From: Utricularia gibba
Lineage: Eukaryota > Plantae > Magnoliophyta
DNA: 41,501 nucleotides
Assembly (NCBI GenBank): GCA_002189035.1
Contig: NEEC01000161.1
Span: forward strand, 1 to 41,501
Reading direction: 5' to 3'
Shown here one piece after another: positions 11,134 through 25,300 of this stretch. Below the pieces are notes generated by a model that was not told where the DNA came from, did not search any database, and saw only the letters and a program-made list of their open reading frames with translations. How positions within the stretch are numbered: position 1 is the first letter of the stretch; each line of letters begins with the position of its first letter. The position numbers were made by a program, and so were the translations under genes.

Positions 11134-14100
11134 CACGTGCACCCCACATGATTTTTTCAACAACTTACTTTATACTGAGAGGCGGTCTTTGGGGGCACTT
11201 GGAACGGAAAAAGTCAGCTTAGGCTTGGCCCAAAGTAAGTTGTAGTCCGGCAAATAAAGTGATGTATTTATTATCGTTCGGTTTTCGGGGCTGCCTACAT
11301 GGTTTTTCAAGGAACCGCTTCTCGTTTTGTGGCGGCCAGTCTCGCTGGGAACTTGGTCCTTGACCCCGATTCTGTATGGCTCATGAGGTCAACTGGATGC
11401 AAATCGATTAAAAAAAATGATGCATTTGTTTAAATTACGATGTCACGTGCACCCCACATGATTTTTTCAACAACTTACTTTATACTTGAGAAGGCGGTCT
11501 TTGGGGCACTTGGAACCGGAAAAAGATCAGCTTAGGCCTTGGCCCAAAGTAAGTTGTAGCCCGGCAAAGAAAGTGATGTATTTATTAACGTTCGGTTTTC
11601 GGTGTTGCCTACATGGTTTTTCAAGGAACAGCTTCTCGTTTTGTGGCGGCCAGTCTCGCTAGGAACTTGGTCCGGGCCCGCGATTCTTTATGGCTCATGA
11701 GGACAAAAGGATGCAAATCGATGAATACAATGTTGCATTTGTTTAAATTGCGATATCACGTGCACCCCACATGATTTTTTCAACAACTTACTTTATACTT
11801 GAGCAGGCGGTCTTTGGGCACCTGGAACGGACAAAGGTAAGGTTTGGCTTGGAGAGTTAGTTGTAGTCCGGCAAATAAAGTGATGTATTTATTATCGTTC
11901 GGTTTTCGGGGGCTGCCTACATGGTTTTTCAAGGAACCGCTTCTCGTTTTGTGGCGGCCAGTCTCGCTGGGAACTTGGTCCTTGACCCCGATTCTGTATG
12001 GCTCATGAGGTCAACTGGATGCAAATCGATTAAAAAAAATGATCCATTTGTTTAAATTACGATGTCACGTGCACCCCACATGATTTTTTTAACAACATAC
12101 TTTATACATGAGAGGCGGTCTTTGGGGCACTTGGAACCGGAAAAAGATCAGCTTAGGCCTTGGCCCAAAGTAAGTTGTAGCCCGGCAAAGAAAGTGATGT
12201 ATTTATTAACGTTCGGTTTTCGGTGTTGCCTACATGGTTTTTCAAGGAACAGCTTCTCGTTTTGTGGCGGCCAGTCTCGCTAGGAACTTGGTCCGGGCCC
12301 GCGATTCTTTATGGCTCATGAGGACAAAAGGATGCAAATCGATGAATACAATGTTGCATTTGTTTAAATTGCGATATCACGTGCACCCCACATGATTTTT
12401 TCAACAACTTACTTTATACTTGAGCAGGCGGTCTTTGGGGCACTTGGAACGGAAAAAGTCAGCTTTGGCTTGGCCCAAAGTAAGTTGTAGTCCGGCAAAT
12501 AAAGTGATGTATTTATTATCGTTCGGTTTTCGGGGGCTGCCTACATGGTTTTTCAAGGAACCGCTTCTCGTTTTGTGGCGGCCAGTCTCGCTGGGAACTT
12601 GGTCCTTGACCCCGATTCTGTATGGCTCATGAGGTCAACTGGATGCAAATCGATTAAAAAAAATGATGCATTTGTTTAAATTACGATGTCACGTGCACCC
12701 CACATGATTTTTTCAACAACTTACTTTATACTTGAGAAGGCGGTCTTTGGGGCACTTGGAACCGGAAAAAGATCAGCTTAGGCCTTGGCCCAAAGTAAGT
12801 TGTAGCCCGGCAAAGAAAGTGATGTATTTATTAACGTTCGGTTTTCGGTGTTGCCTACATGGTTTTTCAAGGAACAGCTTCTCGTTTTGTGGCGGCCAGT
12901 CTCGCTAGGAACTTGGTCCGGGCCCGCGATTCTTTATGGCTCATGAGGACAAAAGGATGCAAATCGATGAATACAATGTTGCATTTGTTTAAATTGCGAT
13001 ATCACGTGCACCCCACATGATTTTTTCAACAACTTACTTTATACTTGAGCAGGCGGTCTTTGGGGCACCTGGAACGGGAAAAGGTAAGTTTGGCTTGCAC
13101 GAGAGTTAGTTGTAGTCCGGCAAATAAAGTGATGTATTTATTATCGTTCGGTTTTCGGGGGCTGCCTACATGGTTTTTCAAGGAACCGCTTCTCGTTTTG
13201 TGGCGGCCAGTCTCGCTGGGAACTTGGTCCTTGACCCCGATTCTGTATGGCTCATGAGGTCAACTGGATGCAAATCGATTAAAAAAAATGATGCATTTGT
13301 TTAAATTACGATGTCACGTGCACCCCACATGATTTTTTTAACAACATACTTTATACATGAGGAGGCGGTCTTGGGGCACTTGGAACCGGAAAAAGGTCAG
13401 CTTAGGCCTTGGCCAAAGTAAGTTGTAGCCCGGCAAAGAAGTGATGTATTTATTAACGTTCGGTTTTCGGTGTTGCCTACATGGTTTTTCAAGGAACAGC
13501 TTCTCGTTTTGTGGCGGCCAGTCTCGCTAGGAACTTGGTCCGGGCCCGCGATTCTTTATGGCTCATGAGGACAAAAGGATGCAAATCGATGAATACAATG
13601 TTGCATTTGTTTAAATTGCGATATCACGTGCACCCCCATGATTTTTTCAACAACTTACTTTATACTTGAGGAGGCGGTCTTGGGGCACTGGAACGGACAA
13701 AGATCAGGTTAGGCTTGCCCAAGTAAGTTGTAGTCCGGCAAATAAAGTGATGTATTTATTATCGTTCGGTTTTCGGGGGCTGCCTACATGGTTTTTCAAG
13801 GAACCGCTTCTCGTTTTGTGGCGGCCAGTCTCGCTGGGAACTTGGTCCTTGACCCGATTCTGTATGGCTCATGAGGTCAACTGGATGCAAATCGATTAAA
13901 AAAAATGATGCATTTGTTTAAATTACGATGTCACGTGCACCCCACATGATTTTTTTAACAACATACTTTATACATGAGAAGGCGGTCTTGGGGCACTTGG
14001 AACCGGAAAAGATCAGCTTAGGCCTTGGCCCAAAGTAAGTTGTAGCCCGGCAAAGAAAGTGATGTATTTATTAACGTTCGGTTTTCGGTGTTGCCTACAT

Positions 14101-15180
14101 GGTTTTTCAAGGAACAGCTTCTCGTTTTGTGGCGGCCAGTCTCGCTAGGAACTTGGTCCGGGCCCGCGATTCTTTATGGCTCATGAGGACAAAAGGATGC
14201 AAATCGATGAATACAATGTTGCATTTGTTTAAATTGCGATATCACGTGCACCCCACATGATTTTTTTCAACAACTTACTTTATACTTGAGCAGGCGGTCT
14301 TTGGGGCACTGGAACGGGACAAAGGTAAGGTTTGGCTTGCCCAGAGTAGTTGTAGTCCGGCAAATAAAGTGATGTATTTATTATCGTTCGGTTTTCGGGG
14401 GCTGCCTACATGGTTTTTCAAGGAACCGCTTCTCGTTTTGTGGCGGCCAGTCTCGCTGGGAACTTGGTCCTTGACCCCGATTCTGTATGGCTCATGAGGT
14501 CAACTGGATGCAAATCGATTAAAAAAAATGATGCATTTGTTTAAATTACGATGTCACGTGCACCCCACATGATTTTTTTAACAACATACTTTATACATGA
14601 GGAGGCGGTCTTGGGGGGCACTTGGAACCGGAAAAAGATCAGCTTAGGCCTTGGCCCAAAGTAAGTTGTAGCCCGGCAAAGAAAGTGATGTATTTATTAA
14701 CGTTCGGTTTTCGGTGTTGCCTACATGGTTTTTCAAGGAACAGCTTCTCGTTTTGTGGCGGCCAGTCTCGCTAGGAACTTGGTCCGGGCCCGCGATTCTT
14801 TATGGCTCATGAGGACAAAAGGATGCAAATCGATGAATACAATGTTGCATTTGTTTAAATTGCGATATCACGTGCACCCCACATGATTTTTTCAACAACT
14901 TACTTTATACTTGAGCAGGCGGTCTTTGGGTGCACTTGGAACGGAAAAAGATCAGCTTAGGCCTTGCCCAAAGTAAGTTGTAGTCCGGCAAATAAAGTGA
15001 TGTATTTATTATCGTTCGGTTTTCGGGGCTGCCTACATGGTTTTTCAAGGAACCGCTTCTCGTTTTGTGGCGGCCAGTCTCGCTGGGAACTTGTCCTTGA
15101 CCCCGATTCTGTATGGCTCATGAGGTCAACTGGATGCAAATCGATTAAAAAAAATGATGCATTTGTTTAAATTACGATGT
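11134..15180 (+). repeat. Local tetramer periodicity (D-A-B-A)n, ~1245 bp
   Basis: D-like monomers at 11134, 12378, 13625 and 14869 (spacing 1244, 1247, 1244), with full B heads midway at 11757, 13003 and 14243. The copy at 12378 is a B/D mixture. Confidence 0.6.
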
Positions 15181-18100
15181 CACGTGCACCCCACATGATT
15201 TTTTTTAACAACATACTTTATACATGAGGAGGCGGTCTTGGGGGCACTTGGAACCGGAAAAAGATCAGCTTAGGCCTTGGCCCAAAGTAAGTTGTAGCCC
15301 GGCAAAGAAAGTGATGTATTTATTAACGTTCGGTTTTCGGTGTTGCCTACATGGTTTTTCAAGGAACAGCTTCTCGTTTTGTGGCGGCCAGTCTCGCTGG
15401 GAACTTGGTCCTTGACCCCGATTCTGTATGGCTCATGAGGTCAAAAGGATGCAAATCGATTAAAAAAAATGATGCATTTGTTTAAATTCGATATCACGTG
15501 CACCCCACATGATTTTTTAACAACATACTTTATACTTGAGAAGGCGGTCTTTGGGGCACTTGGAACCGGAAAAAGATCAGCTTAGGCCTTGGCCCAAAGT
15601 AAGTTGTAGCCCGGCAAAGAAAGTGATGTATTTATTAACGTTCGGTTTTCGGTGTTGCCTACATGGTTTTTCAAGGAACAGCTTCTCGTTTTGTGGCGGC
15701 CAGTCTCGCTAGGAACTTGGTCCGGGCCCGCGATTCTTTATGGCTCATGAGGACAAAAGGATGCAAATCGATGAATACAATGTTGCATTTGTTTAAATTG
15801 CGATATCACGTGCACCCCACATGATTTTTTCAACAACTTACTTTATACTTGAGCAGGCGGTCTTTGGTGCACCTGGAACGGAAAAGGTAAGCTTTGCCTT
15901 GCCCAAAGTAAGTTGTAGTCCGGCAAATAAAGTGATGTATTTATTATCGTTCGGTTTTCGGGGCTGCCTACATGGTTTTTCAAGGAACCGCTTCTCGTTT
16001 TGTGGCGGCCAGTCTCGCTGGAACTTGGTCCTTGACCCCGATTCTGTATGGCTCATGAGGTCAACTGGATGCAAATCGATTAAAAAAAATGATGCATTTG
16101 TTTAAATTACGATGTCACGTGCACCCCACATGATTTTTTTTAACAACATACTTTACATGAGGAGGCGTCTTGGGGGGCACTTGGAACCGGAAAAAGATCA
16201 GCTTAGGCCTTGGCCCAAAGTAAGTTTGTAGCCCGGCAAAGAAAGTGATGTATTTATTAACGTTCGGTTTTCTGTTGCCTACATGGTTTTTCAAGGAACA
16301 GCTTCTCGTTTTGTGGCGGCCAGTCTCGCTAGGAACTTGGTCCGGCCCGGATTCTTTATGGCTCATGAGGACAAAAGGATGCAAATCGATGAATACAATG
16401 TTGCATTTGTTTAAATTGCGATATCACGTGCACCCCACATGATTTTTTCAACAACTTACTTTATACTTGAGGAGGCGGTTGGGGCACTTGGAACGGAAAA
16501 GATCAGCTTAGGCCTTGCCCAAAGTAAGTTGTAGTCCGGCAAATAAAGTGATGTATTTATTATCGTTCGGTTTTCGGGGGCTGCCTACATGGTTTTTCAA
16601 GGAAGCTTCTCGTTTTGTGGCGGCCAGTCTCGCTGGGAACTTGTCCTTGACCCCGATTCTGTATGGCTCATGAGGTCAACTGGATGCAAATCGATTAAAA
16701 AAAATGATGCATTTGTTTAAATTACGATGTCACGTGCACCCCACATGATTTTTTCAACAACTTACTTTATACTTGAGAGCGGTCTTTGGGGCACTTGGAA
16801 CCGGAAAAAGATCAGCTTAGGCCTTGCCCAAAGTAAGTTGTAGCCCGGCAAAGAAAGTGATGTATTTATTAACGTTCGGTTTTCGGTGTTGCCTACATGG
16901 TTTTTCAAGGAACAGCTTCTCGTTTTGTGGCGGCCAGTCTCGCTGGGAACTTGGTCCTTGACCCCGATTCTGTATGGCTCATGAGGTCAATGGATGCAAA
17001 TCGATTAAAAAATGATGCATTTGTTTAATTATGATGCGTGCACCCCACATGATTTTTTTAACAACATACTTTATACATGAGGAGGCGGTCTTTGGGGGCA
17101 CTTGGAACCGGAAAAAGGTCAGCTTAGGCCTTGGCCCAAAGTAAGTTGTAGCCCGGCAAAGAAAGTGATGTATTTATTAACGTTCGGTTTTCCGTGTTGC
17201 CTACATGGTTTTTCAAGGAACAGCTTCTCGTTTTGTGGCGGCAGTCTCGCTAGGAACTTGGTCCGGGCCGCGATTCTTTATGGCTCATGAGGACAAAAGG
17301 ATGCAAATCGATGAATACAATGTTGCATTTGTTTAAATTGCGATATCACGTGCACCCCACATGATTTTTTCAACAACTTACTTTATACTTGAGCAGGCGG
17401 TCTTTGGGTGCACCTGGAACGGGACAAAGGTAAGGTTTGGCTTGCACCGAGAGTTAGTTGTAGTCCGGCAAATAAAGTGATGTATTTATTATCGTTCGGT
17501 TTTCGGGGGCTGCCTACATGGTTTTTCAAGGAACCGCTTCTCGTTTTGTGGCGGCCAGTCTCGCTGGGAACTTGGTCCTTGACCCCGATTCTGTATGGCT
17601 CATGAGGTCAACTGGATGCAAATCGATTAAAAAAAATGATGCATTTGTTTAAATTGATGTCACGTGCACCCCACATGATTTTTTTAACAACATACTTTAT
17701 ACATGAGGAGGCGGTCTTGGGGGCACTTGGAACCGGAAAAAGGTCAGCTTAGGCCTTGGCCCAAAGTAAGTTGTAGCCCGGCAAAGAAAGTGATGTATTT
17801 ATTAACGTTCGGTTTTCGGTGTTGCCTACATGGTTTTCAAGGAACAGCTTCTCGTTTGTGGCGGCCAGTCTCGCTAGGAACTTGGTCCGGGCCCGCGATT
17901 CTTTATGGCTCATGAGGACAAAAGGATGCAAATCGATGAATACAATGTTGCATTTGTTTAAATTGCGATATCACGTGCACCCACATGATTTTTTTCAACA
18001 ACTTACTTTATACATGAGGAGGCGGTCTTGGGGGCACTGGAACGGAAAAAGGTAAGCTTGGCTTGCCCAAAGTAGTTGTAGTCCGGCAAATAAAGTGATG

Positions 18101-21100
18101 TATTTATTATCGTTCGGTTTTCGGGGGCTGCCTACATGGTTTTTCAAGGAACCGCTTCTCGTTTTGTGGCGGCCAGTCTCGCTGGGAACTTGGTCCTTGA
18201 CCCCGATTCTGTATGGCTCATGAGGTCAACTGGATGCAAATCGATTAAAAAAAATGATGCATTTGTTTAAATTACGATGTCACGTGCACCCACATGATTT
18301 TTTTTAACAACATACTTTATACATGAGGAGGCGGTCTTGGGGGCACTTGGAACCGGAAAAAGATCAGCTTAGGCCTTGGCCCAAAGTAAGTTGTAGCCCG
18401 GCAAAGAAAGTGATGTATTTATTAACGTTCGGTTTTCGGTGTTGCCTACATGGTTTTTCAAGGAACAGCTTCTCGTTTTGTGGCGGCCAGTCTCGCTAGG
18501 AACTTGGTCCGGGCCGCGATTCTTTATGGCTCATGAGGACAAAGGATGCAAATCGATGAATACAATGTTGCATTTGTTTAAATTGCGATATCACGTGCAC
18601 CCCACATGATTTTTTCAACAACTTACTTTATACTTGAGCAGGCGGTCTTTGGGTGCACCTGGAACGGGACAAAGGTAGGTTTGGCTTGCACCGAGAGTTA
18701 GTTGTAGTCCGGCAAATAAAGTGATGTATTTATTATCGTTCGGTTTTCGGGGCTGCCTACATGGTTTTTCAAGGAACCGCTTCTCGTTTTGTGGCGGCCA
18801 GTCTCGCTGGGAACTTGGTCCTTGACCCCGATTCTGTATGGCTCATGAGGTCAACTGGATGCAAATCGATTAAAAAAAATGATGCATTTGTTTAAATTAT
18901 GATGTCACGTGCCCCACATGATTTTTTCAACAACTTACTTTATACTTGAGAGGCGGTCTTTGGGTGCACTTGGAACCGGAAAAAGATCAGCTTAGGCCTT
19001 GGCCAAAGTAAGTTGTAGCCCGGCAAAGAAAGTGATGTATTTATTAACGTTCGGTTTTCGGTGTTGCCTACATGGTTTTTCAAGGAACAGCTTCTCGTTT
19101 TGTGGCGGCCAGTCTCGCTGGGAACTTGGTCCTTGACCCCGATTCTGTATGGCTCATGAGGTCAACTGGATGCAAATCGATTAAAAAAAATGATGCATTT
19201 GTTTAAATTGCGATATCACGTGCACCCCACATGATTTTTTCAACAACTTACTTTATACTTGAGGAGGCGGTCTTTGGGTGCACTTGGAACCGGAAAAAGA
19301 TCAGCTTAGGCCTGGCCCAAAGTAAGTTGTAGCCCGGCAAAGAAAGTGATGTATTTATTAACGTTCGGTTTTCGGTGTTGCCTACATGGTTTTTCAAGGA
19401 ACAGCTTCTCGTTTTGTGGCGGCCAGTCTCGCTAGGAACTTGGTCCGGGCCCGATTCTTATGGCTCATGAGGACAAAAGGATGCAAATCGATGAATACAA
19501 TGTTGCATTTGTTTAAATTGCGATATCACGTGCACCCCACATGATTTTTTCAACAACTTACTTTATACTTGAGCAGGCGGTCTTTGGTGCACCTGGAACG
19601 GACCTTAGTTAGTTGTAGTCCGGCAAATAAAGTGATGTATTTATTATCGTTCGGTTTTCGGGGGCTGCCTACATGGTTTTTCAAGGAACCGCTTCTCGTT
19701 TTGTGGCGGCCAGTCTCGCTGGGAACTTGGTCCTTGACCCCGATTCTGTATGGCTCATGAGGTCAACTGGATGCAAATCGATTAAAAAAAATGATGCATT
19801 TGTTTAAATTACGATGTCACGTGCACCCCACATGATTTTTTAACAACATACTTTATACATGAGGAGGCGGTCTTGGGGGCACTTGGAACCGGAAAAAGGT
19901 CAGCTTAGGCCTTGGCCCAAAGTAAGTTGTAGCCCGGCAAAGAAAGTGATGTATTTATTAACGTTCGGTTTTCGGTGTTGCCTACATGGTTTTTCAAGGA
20001 ACAGCTTCTCGTTTTGTGGCGGCCAGTCTCGCTAGGAACTTGGTCCGGGCCCGCGATTCTTTATGGCTCATGAGGACAAAAGGATGCAAATCGATGAATA
20101 CAATGTTGCATTTGTTTAAATTGCGATATCACGTCCCCACATGATTTTTTCAACAACTTACTTTATACTTGAGAGGCGGTCTTGGGGGCACTGGAACGGA
20201 AAAAGTCAGCTTAGGCTTTGCCCAAAGTAAGTTGTAGTCCGGCAAATAAAGTGATGTATTTATTATCGTTCGGTTTTCGGGGCTGCCTACATGGTTTTTC
20301 AAGGAACCGCTTCTCGTTTTGTGGCGGCCAGTCTCGCTGGGAACTTGGTCCTTGACCCCGATTCTGTATGGCTCATGAGGTCAACTGGATGCAAATCGAT
20401 TAAAAAAAATGACATTTGTTTAAATTATGATGTCACGTGCACCCCACATGATTTTTTCAACAACTTACTTTATACTTGAGAGGCGGTCTTTGGGTGCACT
20501 TGGAACCGGAAAAAGATCAGCTTAGGCCTTGGCCCAAAGTAAGTTGTAGCCCGGCAAAGAAAGTGATGTATTTATTAACGTTCGGTTTTCGGTGTTGCCT
20601 ACATGGTTTTTCAAGGAACAGCTTCTCGTTTTGGCGGCCAGTCTCGCTGGGAACTTGGTCCTTGACCCCGATTCTGTATGGCTCATGAGGTCAACTGGAT
20701 GCAAATCGATTAAAAAAAATGATGCATTTGTTTAAATTGCGATGTCACGTGCACCCCACATGATTTTTTTCAACAACTTACTTTATACTTGAGGAGGCGG
20801 TCTTTGGGTGCACTTGGAACCGGAAAAAGATCAGCTTAGGCCTTGGCCCAAAGTAAGTTGTAGCCCGGCAAAGAAAGTGATGTATTTATTAACGTTCGGT
20901 TTTCGGTGTTGCCTACATGGTTTTTCAAGGAACAGCTTCTCGTTTTGTGGCGGCCAGTCTCGCTAGGAACTTGGTCCGGGCCGCGATTCTTTATGGCTCA
21001 TGAGGACAAAAGGATGCAAATCGATGAATAAATGTTGCATTTGTTTAAATTGCGATATCACGTGCACCCCACATGATTTTTTCAACAACTTACTTTATAC

Positions 21101-22302
21101 TTGAGAGGCGGTCTTTGGGTGCACCTGGAACGGACAAAGGTAAGTTTGGCTTGCAAAGTTAGTTGTAGTCCGGCAAATAAAGTGATGTATTTATTATCGT
21201 TCGGTTTTCGGGGCTGCCTACATGGTTTTTCAAGGAACCGCTTCTCGTTTTGTGGCGGCCAGTCTCGCTGGGAACTTGGTCCTTGACCCCGATTCTGTAT
21301 GGCTCATGAGGTCAACTGGATGCAAATCGATTAAAAAAAATGATGCATTTGTTTAAATTATGATGTCACGTGCACCCCACATGATTTTTTCAACAACTTA
21401 CTTTATACTTGAGAGGCGGTCTTTGGGTGCACTTGGAACCGGAAAAAGATCAGCTTAGGCCTTGGCCAAAGTAAGTTGTAGCCCGGCAAATAAAGTGATG
21501 TATTTATTATCGTTCGGTTTTCGGGGGCTGCCTACATGGTTTTTCAAGGAACGCTTCTCGTTTTGTGGCGGCCAGTCTCGCTGGGAACTTGGTCCTTGAC
21601 CCCGATTCTGTATGGCTCATGAGGTCAACTGGATGCAAATCGATTAAAAAAAAATGATGCATTTGTTTAAATTACGATGTCACGTGCACCCCACATGATT
21701 TTTTTAACAACATACTTTATACATGAGGAGGCGTCTTGGGGGGCACTTGGAACCGGAAAAAGGTCAGCTTAGGCCTTGGCCCAAAGTAAGTTGTAGCCCG
21801 GCAAAGAAAGTGATGTATTTATTAACGTTCGGTTTTCGGTGTTGCCTACATGGTTTTTCAAGGAACAGCTTCTCGTTTTGTGGCGGCCAGTCTCGCTAGG
21901 AACTTGGTCCGGGCCCGCGATTCTTTATGGCATGAGGACAAAAGGATGCAAATCGATGAATACAATGTTGCATTTGTTTAAATTGCGATATCACGTGCAC
22001 CCCACATGATTTTTTCAACAACTTACTTTATACTTGAGGAGGCGGTCTTGGGGGGCACTTGGAACGGAAAAGTCAGCTTAGGCTTGCCCAAAGTAAGTTG
22101 TAGTCCGGCAAATAAAGTGATGTATTTATTATCGTTCGGTTTTCGGGGGCTGCCTACATGGTTTTTCAAGGAACCGCTTCTCGTTTTGTGGCGGCCAGTC
22201 TCGCTGGGAACTTGGTCCTTGACCCCGATTCTGTATGGCTCATGAGGTCAACTGGATGCAAATCGATTAAAAAAAATGATGCATTTGTTTAAATTACGAT
22301 GT

Positions 22303-25300
22303 CACGTGCACCCCACATGATTTTTTTAACAACATACTTTATACATGAGGAGGCGGTCTTGGGGGCACTTGGAACCGGAAAAAGGTCAGCTTAGGCCTTG
22401 GCCCAAAGTAAGTTGTAGCCCGGCAAAGAAAGTGATGTATTTATTAACGTTCGGTTTTCGGTGTTGCCTACATGGTTTTTCAAGGAACAGCTTCTCGTTT
22501 TGTGGCGGCCAGTCTCGCTAGGAACTTGGTCCGGGCCGCGATTCTTTATGGCTCATGAGGACAAAAGGATGCAAATCGATGAATACAATGTTGCATTTGT
22601 TTAAATTGCGATATCACGTGCACCCCACATGATTTTTTCAACAACTTACTTTATACTTGAGCAGGCGGTCTTTGGGTGCACCTGGAACGGGACAAAGGTA
22701 AGGTTTGGCTTGCCGAGAGTTAGTTGTAGTCCGGCAAATAAAGTGATGTATTTATTATCGTTCGGTTTTCGGGGCTGCCTACATGGTTTTTCAAGGAACG
22801 CTTCTCGTTTTGTGGCGGCCAGTCTCGCTGGGAACTTGGTCCTTGACCCCGATTCTGTATGGCTCATGAGGTCAACTGGATGCAAATCGATTAAAAAAAA
22901 TGATGCATTTGTTTAAATTACGATGTCACGTGCACCCCACATGATTTTTTAACAACTTACTTTATACATGAGGAGGCGGTCTTGGGGGCACTTGGAACCG
23001 GAAAAAGGTCAGCTTAGGCCTTGGCCCAAAGTAAGTTGTAGCCCGGCAAAGAAAGTGATGTATTTATTAACGTTCGGTTTTCGGTGTTGCCTACATGGTT
23101 TTTCAAGGAACAGCTTCTCGTTTTGTGGCGGCCAGTCTCGCTAGGAACTTGGTCCGGGCCCGCGATTCTTTATGGCTCATGAGGACAAAAGGATGCAAAT
23201 CGATGAATACAATGTTGCATTTGTTTAAATTGCGATATCACGTGCACCCCACATGATTTTTTCAACAACTTACTTTATACTTGAGCAGGCGGTCTTTGGG
23301 TGCACCTGGAACGGGACAAAGGTAAGGTTTGGCTTGCACCGAGAGTTAGTTGTAGTCCGGCAAATAAAGTGATGTATTTATTATCGTTCGGTTTTCGGGG
23401 GCTGCCTACATGGTTTTTCAAGGAACCGCTTCTCGTTTTGTGGCGGCCAGTCTCGCTGGGAACTTGGTCCTTGACCCCGATTCTGTATGGCTCATGAGGT
23501 CAACTGGATGCAAATCGATTAAAAAAAATGATGCATTTGTTTAAATTACGATGTCACGTGCACCCCACATGATTTTTTTAACAACTTACTTTATACATGA
23601 GGAGGCGGTCTTGGGGGCACTTGGAACCGGAAAAAGGTCAGCTTAGGCCTTGGCCCAAAGTAAGTTGTAGCCCGGCAAAGAAAGTGATGTATTTATTAAC
23701 GTTCGGTTTTCGGTGTTGCCTACATGGTTTTTCAAGGAACAGCTTCTCGTTTTGTGGCGGCCAGTCTCGCTAGGAACTTGGTCCGGGCCCGCGATTCTTT
23801 ATGGCTCATGAGGACAAAAGGATGCAAATCGATGAATACAATGTTGCATTTGTTTAAATTGCGATATCACGTGCACCCCACATGATTTTTTCAACAACTT
23901 ACTTTATACTTGAGCAGGCGGTCTTTGGGTGCACCTGGAACGGGACAAAGGTAAGGTTTGGCTTGCACCGAGAGTTAGTTGTAGTCCGGCAAATAAAGTG
24001 ATGTATTTATTATCGTTCGGTTTTCGGGGCTGCCTACATGGTTTTTCAAGGAACCGCTTCTCGTTTTGTGGCGGCCAGTCTCGCTGGGAACTTGGTCCTT
24101 GACCCCGATTCTGTATGGCTCATGAGGTCAACTGGATGCAAATCGATTAAAAAAAATGATGCATTTGTTTAAATTACGATGTCACGTGCACCCCACATGA
24201 TTTTTTCAACAACATACTTTATACATGAGAGGCGGTCTTTGGGGCACTTGGAACCGGAAAAAGATCAGCTTAGGCCTTGGCCCAAAGTAAGTTGTAGCCC
24301 GGCAAAGAAAGTGATGTATTTATTAACGTTCGGTTTTCGGTGTTGCCTACATGGTTTTTCAAGGAACAGCTTCTCGTTTTGTGGCGGCCAGTCTCGCTAG
24401 GAACTTGGTCCGGGCCCGCGATTCTTTATGGCTCATGAGGACAAAAGGATGCAAATCGATGAATACAATGTTGCATTTGTTTAAATTGCGATATCACGTG
24501 CACCCCACATGATTTTTTCAACAACTTACTTTATACTTGAGCAGGCGGTCTTTGGGTGCACTGGAACGGACAAAGGTAAGGTTTGGCTTGCAGAGTTAGT
24601 TGTAGTCCGGCAAATAAAGTGATGTATTTATTATCGTTCGGTTTTCGGGGGCTGCCTACATGGTTTTTCAAGGAACCGCTTCTCGTTTTGTGGCGGCCAG
24701 TCTCGCTGGGAACTTGGTCCTTGACCCCGATTCTGTATGGCTCATGAGGTCAACTGGATGCAAATCGATTAAAAAAAATGATGCATTTGTTTAAATTACG
24801 ATGTCACGTGCACCCCACATGATTTTTTTAACAACTTACTTTATACATGAGGAGGCGGTCTTTGGGGGCACTTGGAACCGGAAAAAGGTCAGCTTAGGCC
24901 TTGGCCCAAAGTAAGTTGTAGCCCGGCAAAGAAAGTGATGTATTTATTAACGTTCGGTTTTCGGTGTTGCCTACATGGTTTTTCAAGGAACAGCTTCTCG
25001 TTTTGTGGCGGCCAGTCTCGCTAGGAACTTGGTCCGGGCCCGCGATTCTTTATGGCTCATGAGGACAAAAGGATGCAAATCGATGAATACAATGTTGCAT
25101 TTGTTTAAATTGCGATATCACGTGCACCCCACATGATTTTTTCAACAACTTACTTTATACTTGAGAGGCGGTCTTTGGGTGCACTGGAACGGAAAAGGTA
25201 GTTTGGCTTGCCCAAGTTGTAGTCCGGCAAATAAAGTGATGTATTTATTATCGTTCGGTTTTCGGGGGCTGCCTACATGGTTTTTCAAGGAACCGCTTCT

